Shown in pieces: positions 1 through 9,224 of a DNA stretch of 44,240 nt. The stretch is from Escherichia phage NTEC3. Position numbers and translations under genes: made by a program. The stretch is from sequence record NC_073318.1; one strand, 5' to 3'. Under the pieces are notes generated by a model. The model was not told where the DNA came from, searched no databases, and saw only the letters and a list, made by a program, of their open reading frames with translations. The first letter of the stretch is position 1, and each line of letters opens with the position of its first letter.

Positions 1-513
1 TTAACCCCGGTACACATTAAATGAGAAGCCGTTGTTAAGACCACCACACAGTAACGGGCGTAAGGCGTCGTCAGCGGCGGTAATCGCGGTTGTGGCCCCG
101 CTGTTGCCGTTGTTGAAGTAGGTAACTGTTACCGCACCCTCTACACGCTCGGTCTGCACGGAACGTCCATCGGAGTTAGCCCGAACATCAGTGCCCGCTC
201 CATACGTAACAGCGGCGATTACCTGCGCCCGGATTAACTGCGGTGGGATAACATTATCAGCTACGGTGAAGCCGTTTAGTGTTGTTCCCGTACGTGGGTA
301 CGCCAGGGACTGCTCGGCGGACACACGGCGGCCGCACATCTGCGGTTCTGCAAGCCCGACATAAGTAGCGCCGTTGCGCAAGGCTACTTCGGTGGCCGTA
401 TCGTCTTCCGGTAGCTCAAGGCCATAATTAGCCGCTAACGCGCGGGCGTCGGCCAGGCTAATGTAACTGTCAGCATTAGGGACGATTTCTCCCGTTTCCA
501 CGATTAGCGGCAT
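1..513 (-). CDS. hypothetical virion protein (head completion / head-tail joining candidate)
   Basis: Complete 170 aa ORF; ATG at 513 preceded by GAGGAA; stop at window position 1-3; co-oriented directly downstream of capsid genes; Gly/Thr/Ala-rich. Function from position only. Confidence 0.45.
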   Translation of the reverse strand: MPLIVETGEIVPNADSYISLADARALAANYGLELPEDDTATEVALRNGATYVGLAEPQMCGRRVSAEQSLAYPRTGTTLNGFTVADNVIPPQLIRAQVIAAVTYGAGTDVRANSDGRSVQTERVEGAVTVTYFNNGNSGATTAITAADDALRPLLCGGLNNGFSFNVYRG

Positions 514-516
514 GAA

Positions 517-696
517 TTATTCCTCTGATTTACGGCGACGACGCTTGGCACCACCGCCGTTGTTGTGCGCTTCTTCGTTGTCCGGTTGGGTAGTGACCAG
601 TTCATCCGCGTCTACAACACCGCGAACTGGCATCACCTGCCCATCAACAATATCAACGTGGGTGTACTTTTCGCGGATTACATAATTATCTGCCAT
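517..696 (-). CDS. small hypothetical protein (59 aa, basic C-terminus)
   Basis: ORF below the track cutoff found by hand; ATG at 696 preceded by AAGGA; stop 4 nt before next gene start. Confidence 0.3.
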   Translation of the reverse strand: MADNYVIREKYTHVDIVDGQVMPVRGVVDADELVTTQPDNEEAHNNGGGAKRRRRKSEE

Positions 697-732
697 GACC
701 TTTCCTTATTACGGCCCCGAAGGGCCGTTGTA

Positions 733-1074
733 TTAAGACACAGTTGCTACAGTGCTGCTGGAGATAATATTACCATACACATCGTGAACAACCACTTTAT
801 ACGTGCCTGAATCTGCGCTAGTAGTAGACGCCTTTACATAGGAAGCAGCGTTTGCCCCGGCGATAGCGTTGTTGTTCTTGTACCACTGGTAGGAGTATGG
901 CTCCAGACCGCCAGTTACGGTTACGGTCAGTGTCATAGTTCCCCCTGTGTTTGCTGAGGTAGTACTCGCCAGCGCAGATGAGAAAGACGCGGGGGCGATA
1001 TTTGCCATATCGATTTTAGCGCCTACGGTATCGGCTGAAACACCGGTAATGCGACGTTTGATTACATCAACCAT
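733..1074 (-). CDS. Ig-like domain protein (capsid decoration candidate)
   Basis: 113 aa; C-terminal YxWYKN...SGxYxV pattern typical of Ig-like domains; lies in head module. Confidence 0.5.
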   Translation of the reverse strand: MVDVIKRRITGVSADTVGAKIDMANIAPASFSSALASTTSANTGGTMTLTVTVTGGLEPYSYQWYKNNNAIAGANAASYVKASTTSADSGTYKVVVHDVYGNIISSSTVATVS

Positions 1075-1086
1075 TTTTAAGCTCCT

Positions 1087-1386
1087 TTAGCTTACAGTTC
1101 CTGCGTTTTTAAGCGCAGTCAACAGATTTGCTACGGTAGTGCGCAGCGCGGTAACATCGGTTCGGAGTTTGTTGTACTCCGCTACAATGGCGTCGAACTC
1201 TTCCTTAGTCGGTGCCGCGGCGGACTGCACCCCGGCGGCGGCGGTAATGGCCGCAGGTGCCGCCACAGTAGCTGACTTTTTAACCCCACCAACTACGCTG
1301 GTAGTAGCAGGCGTGACTGGGATATCAAAGTCACCGAAGTCGACATTCTGAAGGCTGCGCGGCAAGCCTTTTCCGGTCTTAGCCAT
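1087..1386 (-). CDS. hypothetical head protein
   Basis: 99 aa ORF immediately downstream of major capsid gene, same strand; Ala-rich. Confidence 0.45.
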   Translation of the reverse strand: MAKTGKGLPRSLQNVDFGDFDIPVTPATTSVVGGVKKSATVAAPAAITAAAGVQSAAAPTKEEFDAIVAEYNKLRTDVTALRTTVANLLTALKNAGTVS

Positions 1387-1445
1387 AATTTACCTCTTAG
1401 TAAATGAAAAGAGGGACCGAAGTCCCTCTCGATTATAGCTTAACC

Positions 1446-2495
1446 TTAAGCACCGACACCAGTTACCAGGAAGGCAATCGGTACGTGCTTGCGGTCAACC
1501 ACACGGTTCCAGTTGGAGGCGTTCGCCAGGTCCTGCCAGGAAGCAGAGCGCGGGGTAGTCTCGGTGCCGTTGCCAGTGATTACTGCACTGGTGAAGCTGT
1601 AACCAAACGGATGTAGCAACCAGGTCTTACGGGTCCACAGGGTTTCAACGCCGCCGCCGTTGCCGCGGGACGCTTCGCGCTCGTATTCCAGCGGGTTGGA
1701 CGGAGAACCTTCACCGTAACCGATAGCGCCGTTGCCGAAGATGATGGAGATGAACTTACGGGTCGGGCCAGTGCCGACTACGGTCATGCTGTCGTCAACA
1801 ATCACGCGGTAGCCCTGGTAGGTGGCGAACATGGTGTTGTTGTCCGCGTCACGGATGAAGTCGATAAGCTGCTGCTTACGTGCCTGCGCATAAACGAAGC
1901 TATGCATCGCGATAGCCCCCAGCACTTCACCGCCGTTGCCCATCAGAGCATCGCCCATAGTCTGGGTAGCGTCGATGAACGCGCCCGCATCGAAGCCCAG
2001 AGTAGCAGACACGTCGATTACCATGTCATTCTGCTCGTGGTATGCGTCGGTAGCGGCTACGTTGTCATTGTACAGCCCGAGCGCGGTAGCAATCAGACGG
2101 CGTTGTGCCTGACGCTGCCAGAAGTTATCCAGACGTGACGCTACGGATTGCAGCGGGTTCTGGCTGGTCAGTTCAACGGTCAAATCCGCCTGACCGAAAC
2201 CTTCGTTCAGGTACGCAACGCGCGCCATCATCTCGCCGGTCTGCACGTTACGCGGGGTGGCGATGTCCTGGTATACGTCGTTCGAGTAGTTCGGCTCGAT
2301 AGAGGTATCAATCGCTTTCCAGAAAGGAATATTAGCGACGTTGGACGGGCCGCGGGCAATCTCGGCAGCGTACGGGGTCGGGGTCAGAATACCAGACTGG
2401 AAGAACGCGGTTTTTTCTACCGGGTCCTCGGTCATATAAGACGCCAGGACCGGGATGTTGCCAGTTACGATATCGCCGATAGTGGTAATTGCCAT
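1446..2495 (-). CDS. major capsid protein (candidate)
   Basis: 349 aa ORF directly after scaffold gene (2 nt gap) in portal - morphogenesis - scaffold - capsid order; assignment by synteny and size. Confidence 0.65.
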   Translation of the reverse strand: MAITTIGDIVTGNIPVLASYMTEDPVEKTAFFQSGILTPTPYAAEIARGPSNVANIPFWKAIDTSIEPNYSNDVYQDIATPRNVQTGEMMARVAYLNEGFGQADLTVELTSQNPLQSVASRLDNFWQRQAQRRLIATALGLYNDNVAATDAYHEQNDMVIDVSATLGFDAGAFIDATQTMGDALMGNGGEVLGAIAMHSFVYAQARKQQLIDFIRDADNNTMFATYQGYRVIVDDSMTVVGTGPTRKFISIIFGNGAIGYGEGSPSNPLEYEREASRGNGGGVETLWTRKTWLLHPFGYSFTSAVITGNGTETTPRSASWQDLANASNWNRVVDRKHVPIAFLVTGVGA

Positions 2496-2497
2496 TA

Positions 2498-3253
2498 TTA
2501 TTTCCTCAGGGCTTTAAGTTGCCGTTCAAATTCGGCAGGGTTCGATTTATACAGGGCTAAACGCTCTGCTTCACTCATGTCTTTAAACGCTGGTGCGGCC
2601 CCGCCGCCTTTGCTACCGGAAGCCCCGCCGCCGGAAGCTGCATTTGCTTTGATCAAATGCGAAAACGCCTTGTGTTCGCGCAGGTATTTGCGGAACTGTT
2701 CCGGGTCAGTCGTGATTACGTTACCGTCTGCGCCGACAAACTTAGTAACCACATCATCACCTTCGAACTCAGTCTTAACGAACGGCGCAAGGATGTCCAC
2801 TGCTTCCGGGGTAATAAAGTCACCCGCGAAAGAGCCTAGCACCGCTTTACGTTCGCTGCCGAGGATGCGCTCTGCCATTTTGGAGATGCGGCCATCTTTC
2901 TCGGCTAACACCGGGTCATACTGGCTACGAATCGTCTTTTCAAACTCGTCCATCTTACCGGCGGCCTTTAACGCCTCCTGGTGCGCACGCTGCCGTTCTT
3001 CTTCGGCCTCTTTTGCTTTACGGGCGGCTTCTTTCTTCTCCGCCAGCAATGCTTCCTGATTGGCCTTAAGCCCGGCAACTTCTTTCTCAATCAGCGCCTG
3101 AACTTCTTCAGCGGTGAACATTTTAGGAGCGTCACCGCCACCAGCTTTATCTTCTGCTCCAGCTTCTTCCTGGAACGGATAACGTAAAAAACGATTCATA
3201 GTCAGTATGTCCCCTGGACGTTGGAATCCGGGCCACCCGGATTTACATGTCAA
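2498..3253 (-). CDS. scaffolding protein (candidate)
   Basis: Highly charged Glu/Lys/Ala-rich helical protein immediately upstream of capsid gene; true start probably the internal Met (MNRFL) near 3199. Confidence 0.55.
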   Translation of the reverse strand: MTCKSGWPGFQRPGDILTMNRFLRYPFQEEAGAEDKAGGGDAPKMFTAEEVQALIEKEVAGLKANQEALLAEKKEAARKAKEAEEERQRAHQEALKAAGKMDEFEKTIRSQYDPVLAEKDGRISKMAERILGSERKAVLGSFAGDFITPEAVDILAPFVKTEFEGDDVVTKFVGADGNVITTDPEQFRKYLREHKAFSHLIKANAASGGGASGSKGGGAAPAFKDMSEAERLALYKSNPAEFERQLKALRK

Positions 3254-3281
3254 GAATAAATTATTCCAACATGCAAGGCAA

Positions 3282-3545
3282 CTATTCCAGAATATTCCTC
3301 ACGTAATCCTGCAACATGAACACTTTCAGTCTCAGTTGCCGTACGCATTCGGCGTTCTGAACGTCGATAGCTAAATCCTCGTCCGCGTCACTACTTGGTG
3401 GCGCCAGCTTGCACGGCGGCTGCATCATCGTCGTATCCGGAGATGGAATTGGCGTTGGCGACGGCGCGGGACTTGAGCTGCACGCGCTCAGGGTCAAAAG
3501 TGCACACGCTGCGACCAGGCGTTTTAATGTACTTAACGACTTCAC
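3282..3545 (-). CDS. o-spanin (Rz1-like outer membrane lipoprotein)
   Basis: Signal peptide with lipobox LSAC, Pro-rich mature part; starts inside the 3391-3777 ORF in another frame and extends past it (overlapped spanin architecture). Confidence 0.55.
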   Translation of the reverse strand: MKSLSTLKRLVAACALLTLSACSSSPAPSPTPIPSPDTTMMQPPCKLAPPSSDADEDLAIDVQNAECVRQLRLKVFMLQDYVRNILE

Positions 3546-3777
3546 GGGTAATCACCTCTGATTTCGTCTTGCCTTCGTTGTCAGCGGCGGCGGCCTTCGA
3601 TTCATCCTGCTGCTGCCGTTGTGTTTTCTTCGCTAACTCAGCCTGTGCTTTCTGCTGTTGCTGCGAAACGAGATTAGCCCGGCCTTCGTTCCATCCGCTG
3701 CGATACTGGTAGATGCCGTGTGCGTAAACCAGGATGATGAAACATGCTCCTGCTACGACAGTTGCTTTAAGATTCAT
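3391..3777 (-). CDS. i-spanin (Rz-like)
   Basis: N-terminal transmembrane segment, then Gln/Ala/Lys-rich coiled-coil-like region; overlaps the lipoprotein ORF; RBS AAAGGGGA before ATG. Confidence 0.55.
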   Translation of the reverse strand: MNLKATVVAGACFIILVYAHGIYQYRSGWNEGRANLVSQQQQKAQAELAKKTQRQQQDESKAAAADNEGKTKSEVITREVVKYIKTPGRSVCTFDPERVQLKSRAVANANSISGYDDDAAAVQAGATK

Positions 3778-4096
3778 GTTTCCCCTTTCTCGATAAGTAA
3801 AGCCCCGCCATAAAGCGGGGCGCTAGTCCTTATCATTTAAACATAGAAACGGCGTAATCTCAGTAAACCAGTTACTTTTTACACAAGCAATAGGGTATGG
3901 CCCTTCCGAACGCGTCAGCGTAACTACACTCAGGACTTACGTCCCGCTCCGTTACCTGCCCGCGCCGCGGTCGCTTGTTCATACTTCACAAGCTCAGGTG
4001 GAGCTTATCATATTTTTAGTGAAAAGTCAACTATTCGAATAGTTTATTCCAACATTTACAATTCGGAGGAATAACTGGAATACGTAAATAAATAGT

Positions 4097-4125
4097 TTGC
4101 ACACCCCAATATAATAGGGTACTAT
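4097..4125 (+). promoter_or_regulatory. class A sigma70-like promoter, TTGCAC-N17-TACTAT, with AATAG-GGTA-CTATT palindrome
   Basis: -35 at 4097-4102, -10 at 4120-4125; 32-bp element identical to the copy at 38905. Confidence 0.55.
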
Positions 4126-4152
4126 TCAGTTAACTTAAACAGGAGGTGAAAA

Positions 4153-4356
4153 ATGTATGCAATTTGCGAAGTAGTTCAAGAGTTCGATGAAGAGTTCGAC
4201 GGTGACTTGTGCCGGGTTAAAAAGGTTCTGCAGGTTTTCCCTGACGCAATGTCTGCTTACAAGGCATTAGATATATTTGAACCTGGAAGATACGGGGATT
4301 ATGACACTGTTCTGAGGGTTGTCCATGAGCAGGATTTAAACACAAGATTCCGTTGA
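4153..4356 (+). CDS. moron-encoded small acidic protein, unknown function
   Basis: 67 aa; strong RBS AGGAGGT 7 nt before ATG; own promoter upstream and terminator downstream; opposite strand to flanking head genes. Confidence 0.6.
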   Translation: MYAICEVVQEFDEEFDGDLCRVKKVLQVFPDAMSAYKALDIFEPGRYGDYDTVLRVVHEQDLNTRFR

Positions 4357-4361
4357 AAACT

Positions 4362-4388
4362 AAGGCCCCATAATGGGGCCTTTTATCA
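4362..4388. terminator. bidirectional intrinsic terminator
   Basis: Hairpin GGCCCC-ATAAT-GGGGCC followed by TTTTAT; on the minus strand followed by TTAGTTTT. Confidence 0.6.
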
Positions 4389-4847
4389 TTCTGGCTTAGT
4401 AACCTTCGCCGCTTTGCTTACCGCCTCTACTCCATCGGCATCAGTAACTTTAACGAAGTATTCGCCGACCGCATTAACCGTCAGAGACAGAGCCTCCTCA
4501 GGCGCATTCACCACTTCCTTACCGTCTTTGTACCAGGTCAGAGAATACGGCGCTTTGCCTGCCTTAACCTCGACAGTGATGGTTGCGCTGCCGCCCGCCA
4601 GTTCAGCGTCCTGCGGTTGCGCAGAGAAATACACGTCGCCAGCGTCCGCCAGATACGGAATTTCATAAAGCATACCGGCGGCGGGCAACGCAATACCGGT
4701 TTTATCTGCAAACGGCATATCATCTACCGGTGTACCGAGTACACTTTCGTCCTCAATAAATACCACGTTCTCGCCAGAGCCAGACACGCGGGCGTACTGG
4801 ACTACGCGACGAGACGGTACGTCAGTTACTTTGAAAAAGCCCATCAT
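4386..4847 (-). CDS. Ig-like domain protein (virion-associated candidate)
   Basis: 153 aa; C-terminal PYSLTWYKDGKEV...GEYFVKVTD Ig-like pattern; start overlaps stop of upstream gene at 4847. Confidence 0.5.
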   Translation of the reverse strand: MMGFFKVTDVPSRRVVQYARVSGSGENVVFIEDESVLGTPVDDMPFADKTGIALPAAGMLYEIPYLADAGDVYFSAQPQDAELAGGSATITVEVKAGKAPYSLTWYKDGKEVVNAPEEALSLTVNAVGEYFVKVTDADGVEAVSKAAKVTKPE

Positions 4848-5890
4848 TATTCCCCTTTCAGATAATCAGCAACACGTTTATCGAGTTCCGCCATCTGCTT
4901 AAGCGTGAGCGGATTCCCGAAACCATCTACAGATATTACGCGAAACTCTTCCGGCGATATACCGCTGTTACGGAAAATCTTACCTCGCACCGGGCCGAGC
5001 GCCTGGTCCTGAAACCATGCTGGTTGTTGTTTCAGGAACTCGTAATATGTTGTGTCCGCGCTTACCTGAGTGCCGCCGTCAGCGCCCTTAGCCGCCCGTT
5101 TTGCGCCTTTATCGAGGAAGTCGAACTCTGAACTGATTACCGGAGCCGTGCACGACCGACAATTCGGATGGGCTGGGGGTGTCGGCCCTTTACCGATTTC
5201 CCACGTCATTCCGTCTCTGGCCCTGCAAATAGCGCTGGTACGGCTATCCAGCGTAGACACCCATTCATATTTCTCGATGATGTCGTCGTTCTGGCGGTAT
5301 GTCTCGTTGCGGGCTTCGTTGGATACGTGAGACAGCGCGGTGCGTATTACTGTAGCTGCGTTACGTTCTGAGATGTCAGCCAGCCCGCCCGCGCCTACGA
5401 CATTCTTAACAATCTGCCGTGTTGTCTGGCCTTGTACAAAGCCCATCTTAACGCCGGTTACAAGACGTGCTACTTCCGTTTCACCCCAGCCGTCCATCAG
5501 CTTAGTGAAATCAACGGGCTTGTCACTCAACGATAATGGCTGAAACTCGGCAGCAGCCCACACCTGTTCAGCGGTAGGTGTAACAAATTCCGCGTCTACG
5601 TTGGCGGTCAGTGTCTTTACGTTCCACTCAGCCTCGTACGCCGCCAGTTCCTTAAGGTCGTCTGTCAGCTTTGTCTGCCAGTCGCCCGTAATCCCTGTCA
5701 GTGCTTCTTCAAGGTCCCGTAACAGTTTATTCAGCCGCGCAGTGCTTCGCCCGTCGTCGCCGAATAACAGCACCTGCCGTTTGATTTCATCCCGCATCTC
5801 CTGAATGAACGGTGTGAGGTCTTTCACCTCACCGGATGCGGTGCGTTGCAGCCATATCTGATGGCTGATGAGGGATGTAAGTAAGCTCAT
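4847..5890 (-). CDS. head morphogenesis protein, Mu F-like / SPP1 gp7-like family
   Basis: 347 aa; position right after portal; STLDSRTSAICRARDGMTW and HPNCRC motifs characteristic of this family. Confidence 0.65.
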   Translation of the reverse strand: MSLLTSLISHQIWLQRTASGEVKDLTPFIQEMRDEIKRQVLLFGDDGRSTARLNKLLRDLEEALTGITGDWQTKLTDDLKELAAYEAEWNVKTLTANVDAEFVTPTAEQVWAAAEFQPLSLSDKPVDFTKLMDGWGETEVARLVTGVKMGFVQGQTTRQIVKNVVGAGGLADISERNAATVIRTALSHVSNEARNETYRQNDDIIEKYEWVSTLDSRTSAICRARDGMTWEIGKGPTPPAHPNCRSCTAPVISSEFDFLDKGAKRAAKGADGGTQVSADTTYYEFLKQQPAWFQDQALGPVRGKIFRNSGISPEEFRVISVDGFGNPLTLKQMAELDKRVADYLKGE

Positions 5891-5933
5891 AGATCAACCC
5901 TGTGGCGCTAAAGTTAATAGCATACTATAAGAA

Positions 5934-5949
5934 AGCCCCTTTCGGGGCT
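5934..5949 (-). terminator. hairpin / attenuator after portal gene
   Basis: AGCCCC-TTTC-GGGGCT stem-loop 10 nt past portal stop; T-rich on minus strand. Confidence 0.35.
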
Positions 5950-5959
5950 ATAGGTGAAC

Positions 5960-7441
5960 TTACTGCTGAGTGGTGTCCTGTTGCTGCGCCGACTGCGGAA
6001 TCTCTCCCGCTACCTGAGCAACAGAACCCAACGGCAGAGGTGCGTCTTCAATAGCGTTCTGAATGTCCTCATCTGTCCAGTCAGTCACACCTGCCTTGCG
6101 CAACGCAGCATAGTAAGCGGTGGCGGGTAGCAGGCCAGCGTTAATATCCGCCATCCACTGAGCGCGGTCCTGAGCTGTCATAGGTTGCAGGAAGAATTCC
6201 ATATTCAGCTTGAACTCAATCTCAGTATCTTCACTAAGCCCAAGCATACCCGCAACCCAGCGCAACGCATCGGTATACGCCATGCTTACATTACGTGCTA
6301 TTGTTGCCATGACTGACGTGTCGGCGCCGCGTTGCAGGCGGGCCGATTCCGCGGTGATTTGCTGCGTCGGGGTGATAAGCTGCGCGCCAATCTGGATGGC
6401 CTGATTCTCTTTATCCAGCATATTCTGTTTGGCGAGGTTAGTTTCCGCCGCCTGAACCAGAAACGCATTTCCGCCGGAGCCGATGTTGTGGCCTGAACGC
6501 GACCCCATGCGTATGCCGTGTGGGTTGGCTTCTTTCCACTGCTCCATGCTCATGTTCTCGCCGGGGGCAATGAACAGTGTCGGTTGACCTACTATAAAGC
6601 TGGCCTCTTCCACATCGGCCGAATTTCTGAAGTGTCCTATATTTAGCTCAGCTAACGGCAGTAAAGGCGCATCGTCTATAGTGGCGTCGTTGTTGCTTGC
6701 GCCAATGAACGTGAACGGGATTTTACCGCGCAACTGTTCGCCGAGTTCCGGGAAGATTTCGATTACTTCATCCTGTGCACCACCTTCGGCATCGAAGCGG
6801 TAGATGCGCTGGCGGTAGCGACCGTCAATCAGGTCAAGGACGCGGTATTGCTCGCCGAATTTTGTTTCAAACTCAGCGCCTGGTTCCGAGTATTCCCATG
6901 CCTCACGCAATACAACCATCGTCACGCGGTTCACTGAACCGATGCGGGTGAGTCTCCAGTTGATAATGTTCTCCGCGGTATAGAATGCGATTACCGGGTT
7001 TAATAATCCCGCGTTCTGCTCTGCCGCCGTTGCTGCGGCTGTTTCCGGGGCGTCCACCAGCAACCCGCCACGGCCTATCGAGTTAATCTCCATCAGCGTA
7101 TCCTGCGCGTGCTGCCACAGCCCGACACCTGAACCGTCAGCGTTGTGCAACAGGTACTCAAGTTCAGGCGGGATAATCTGCTCAGGGTCTTTGCGCATCA
7201 CTGACCCCGTCATCCCCGCCAGCGTGCGTTTGGTGAAATTGTAGCAGATAGCGCCGTTCTCGTATTCTTCCTGTCGCTGTGCTGCGTAGGTCTGGTCAGG
7301 CTCGTTCTTCCCGACGTTGCGCAGATAGCGGATAAGGTCGCCTTCAAGAGCGTGGCGTACCTTCTGCCATTTATCGAAGTGATGCAGCCATTCCCGGTGT
7401 TTTGTCTTAACACCCTGATTCTGACCGTTCATAGTTAACAT
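5960..7441 (-). CDS. portal protein
   Basis: 493 aa ORF immediately downstream of large terminase; size, acidic C-terminus and synteny. Confidence 0.7.
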   Translation of the reverse strand: MLTMNGQNQGVKTKHREWLHHFDKWQKVRHALEGDLIRYLRNVGKNEPDQTYAAQRQEEYENGAICYNFTKRTLAGMTGSVMRKDPEQIIPPELEYLLHNADGSGVGLWQHAQDTLMEINSIGRGGLLVDAPETAAATAAEQNAGLLNPVIAFYTAENIINWRLTRIGSVNRVTMVVLREAWEYSEPGAEFETKFGEQYRVLDLIDGRYRQRIYRFDAEGGAQDEVIEIFPELGEQLRGKIPFTFIGASNNDATIDDAPLLPLAELNIGHFRNSADVEEASFIVGQPTLFIAPGENMSMEQWKEANPHGIRMGSRSGHNIGSGGNAFLVQAAETNLAKQNMLDKENQAIQIGAQLITPTQQITAESARLQRGADTSVMATIARNVSMAYTDALRWVAGMLGLSEDTEIEFKLNMEFFLQPMTAQDRAQWMADINAGLLPATAYYAALRKAGVTDWTDEDIQNAIEDAPLPLGSVAQVAGEIPQSAQQQDTTQQ

Positions 7442-7453
7442 TGAATAATCCTC

Positions 7454-8725
7454 TTAAAGTGCGAAAGTCACCGGGACGTTAATAACTGGTTTGCGAATCG
7501 GCATTTCATACGCGATAGGGTATGTGGTTCCATCATTCTGGTGGTCCACACCGCCTGATTTATCCGGTTCGCCGTTCTTGTCGTAAGCCTGTTGCTCCAG
7601 GCATCGTGCGGTAACAGGGCAAGCCTGTTCATTAATCATGACCATACCAGATTCAAGCGCCTTATTCATCGCCGCTACGCGGTCTTTAACCGGTGGGTTT
7701 GTCGATTTAGCGCGCACTTCGAAGCCGGCCTGCTGTAACTGGGCAATATCAGATGTGCTGGCGTTGTTACTTTTACGGTTTTTACCGCTTGCGTCGGGGT
7801 ACATAACGATATAGTGGCCCTTACTTTTCCAGCGCTCTGTTACGGCTCTCACCACATCGGGCGTATCGAACATATCCACCAACTCGGCGACTGCATGCCA
7901 GACTTTGCCACGTTGCACGTAAACTGTACTAGCCATGTGGCCTACGTTAAAGTCCTGCCCGATATACAGAGTCTCGCCTGGTTTTATTGTTTCGCGGCTG
8001 CTGTTTTTCCTGCGGTCATAGGCGTAATAGACAGTCCCCGCCGTCAGGTTGACGAACTCGCCGTTGATGTAGGCGTCAATCAACTGACCTGGGTATGTGT
8101 CGCGTAACGACTGCACATAATCTTCTGGCAGGAACGGGTTAGACAGGGTGGACGCCTGAATCATCTCGTAGCCTGGATTCTTTTTGACTACCCAGCGGTC
8201 ATGTACGAAACGGAATCCTTCCGGGGTAGTGAACACGGAAACGGTATTAGCAGGTTTCGGTGTAATAGGTTTATATGTCCGCGGCAACTGGCGGTTACGG
8301 GCGATGACTTTGTTCCACGCGTGCTCGGCGTGCTCCATGTTAAGGGTGTCCAACTCGTCGATTTTCGCACGAAACGATTCGTAGCCAACGATTCGTGCTG
8401 GATTATCAAGTGTACGCAGAACAAAATCCCCAAATTGTCCGGAAGACGTATAGATTATGTTGTCAGACTTGTTGTATTTGTACCGGATACCCCAGTCGGT
8501 GAGCTTTTCTTCCATACGCGGTGCAAGGATGAGGCGCACCAGGTCATAAGTCGGCTCATACATGGCGATGATAGAATCGCTACCACCTTCCATGCTGTCG
8601 AGTAGTGCAGAGTTGCACATAACTTCGGATTTACCCGTACCGAAGCCAGCTACGAATGCCGGAAACTTGCAATGCATACCGAGAAACGCGCCTTGCGGCT
8701 CCGTTGCCGTGATATTAACGTTCAC
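7454..8725 (-). CDS. terL: terminase large subunit
   Basis: 423 aa; Walker A GFGTGKS near N-terminus; follows small terminase with an 11 nt overlap. Confidence 0.8.
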   Translation of the reverse strand: MNVNITATEPQGAFLGMHCKFPAFVAGFGTGKSEVMCNSALLDSMEGGSDSIIAMYEPTYDLVRLILAPRMEEKLTDWGIRYKYNKSDNIIYTSSGQFGDFVLRTLDNPARIVGYESFRAKIDELDTLNMEHAEHAWNKVIARNRQLPRTYKPITPKPANTVSVFTTPEGFRFVHDRWVVKKNPGYEMIQASTLSNPFLPEDYVQSLRDTYPGQLIDAYINGEFVNLTAGTVYYAYDRRKNSSRETIKPGETLYIGQDFNVGHMASTVYVQRGKVWHAVAELVDMFDTPDVVRAVTERWKSKGHYIVMYPDASGKNRKSNNASTSDIAQLQQAGFEVRAKSTNPPVKDRVAAMNKALESGMVMINEQACPVTARCLEQQAYDKNGEPDKSGGVDHQNDGTTYPIAYEMPIRKPVINVPVTFAL

Positions 8726-9224
8726 CGGACACCACCTTAATTGTTACTTCGCTGATTGGCTCGTCGCGTACTTCTTCGGCGACAACTGTTTTATTCAGGC
8801 CCAGTTTCGCGGCAGCAAACGTAGCAGAGATGCCCGCGGCCCCCGTTTCAGTGAAGTATGCCTCTTCCAGCGCCTGTGCTGTCTCCCAGGCTTCTGCAAA
8901 TGCGGGAATCTCACGCAGCCAAAGCTTAATAATCGGGATAGTGACTCCGATGTGTAAGGCGAAGCGGGCCAGTGACGGTGGTTTATCCTGAATCAGCGGG
9001 CGTTCGTCACCCTTAGACGTTGGCACAAGCTCCCACGACGTGCGGTCGAAGAACTCGATTAACGCGTCACAGTAGTCCGGGTCCCACAATGCCGCAGAAT
9101 TACGGGATGATTGATAAAGGCTCTGTTTACCGCGCGGTCGTTTACGGCGACGGTTTGCGCTAACAGCTTCTTCATGTGCAGCTTGTACCACCTCTGGCGA
9201 TGGCTGCTTAAGTTTCAGCTTCAT
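8715..9224 (-). CDS. terS: terminase small subunit (candidate)
   Basis: ORF track gives 8715-9263; start more likely ATG at 9224 (MKLKLKQ) with RBS AAGGGGA; basic N-terminus, helix-rich, directly upstream of terL. Confidence 0.55.
   Translation of the reverse strand: MKLKLKQPSPEVVQAAHEEAVSANRRRKRPRGKQSLYQSSRNSAALWDPDYCDALIEFFDRTSWELVPTSKGDERPLIQDKPPSLARFALHIGVTIPIIKLWLREIPAFAEAWETAQALEEAYFTETGAAGISATFAAAKLGLNKTVVAEEVRDEPISEVTIKVVSGER

Noticed and set aside
2148-3059. 303 aa plus-strand ORF antisense to the scaffold and capsid genes
   Set aside because: Lies wholly inside well-supported minus-strand genes; Arg/Ser/Ala-rich as expected for the reverse complement of coding sequence; no RBS or promoter. 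Treated as a spurious antisense ORF.
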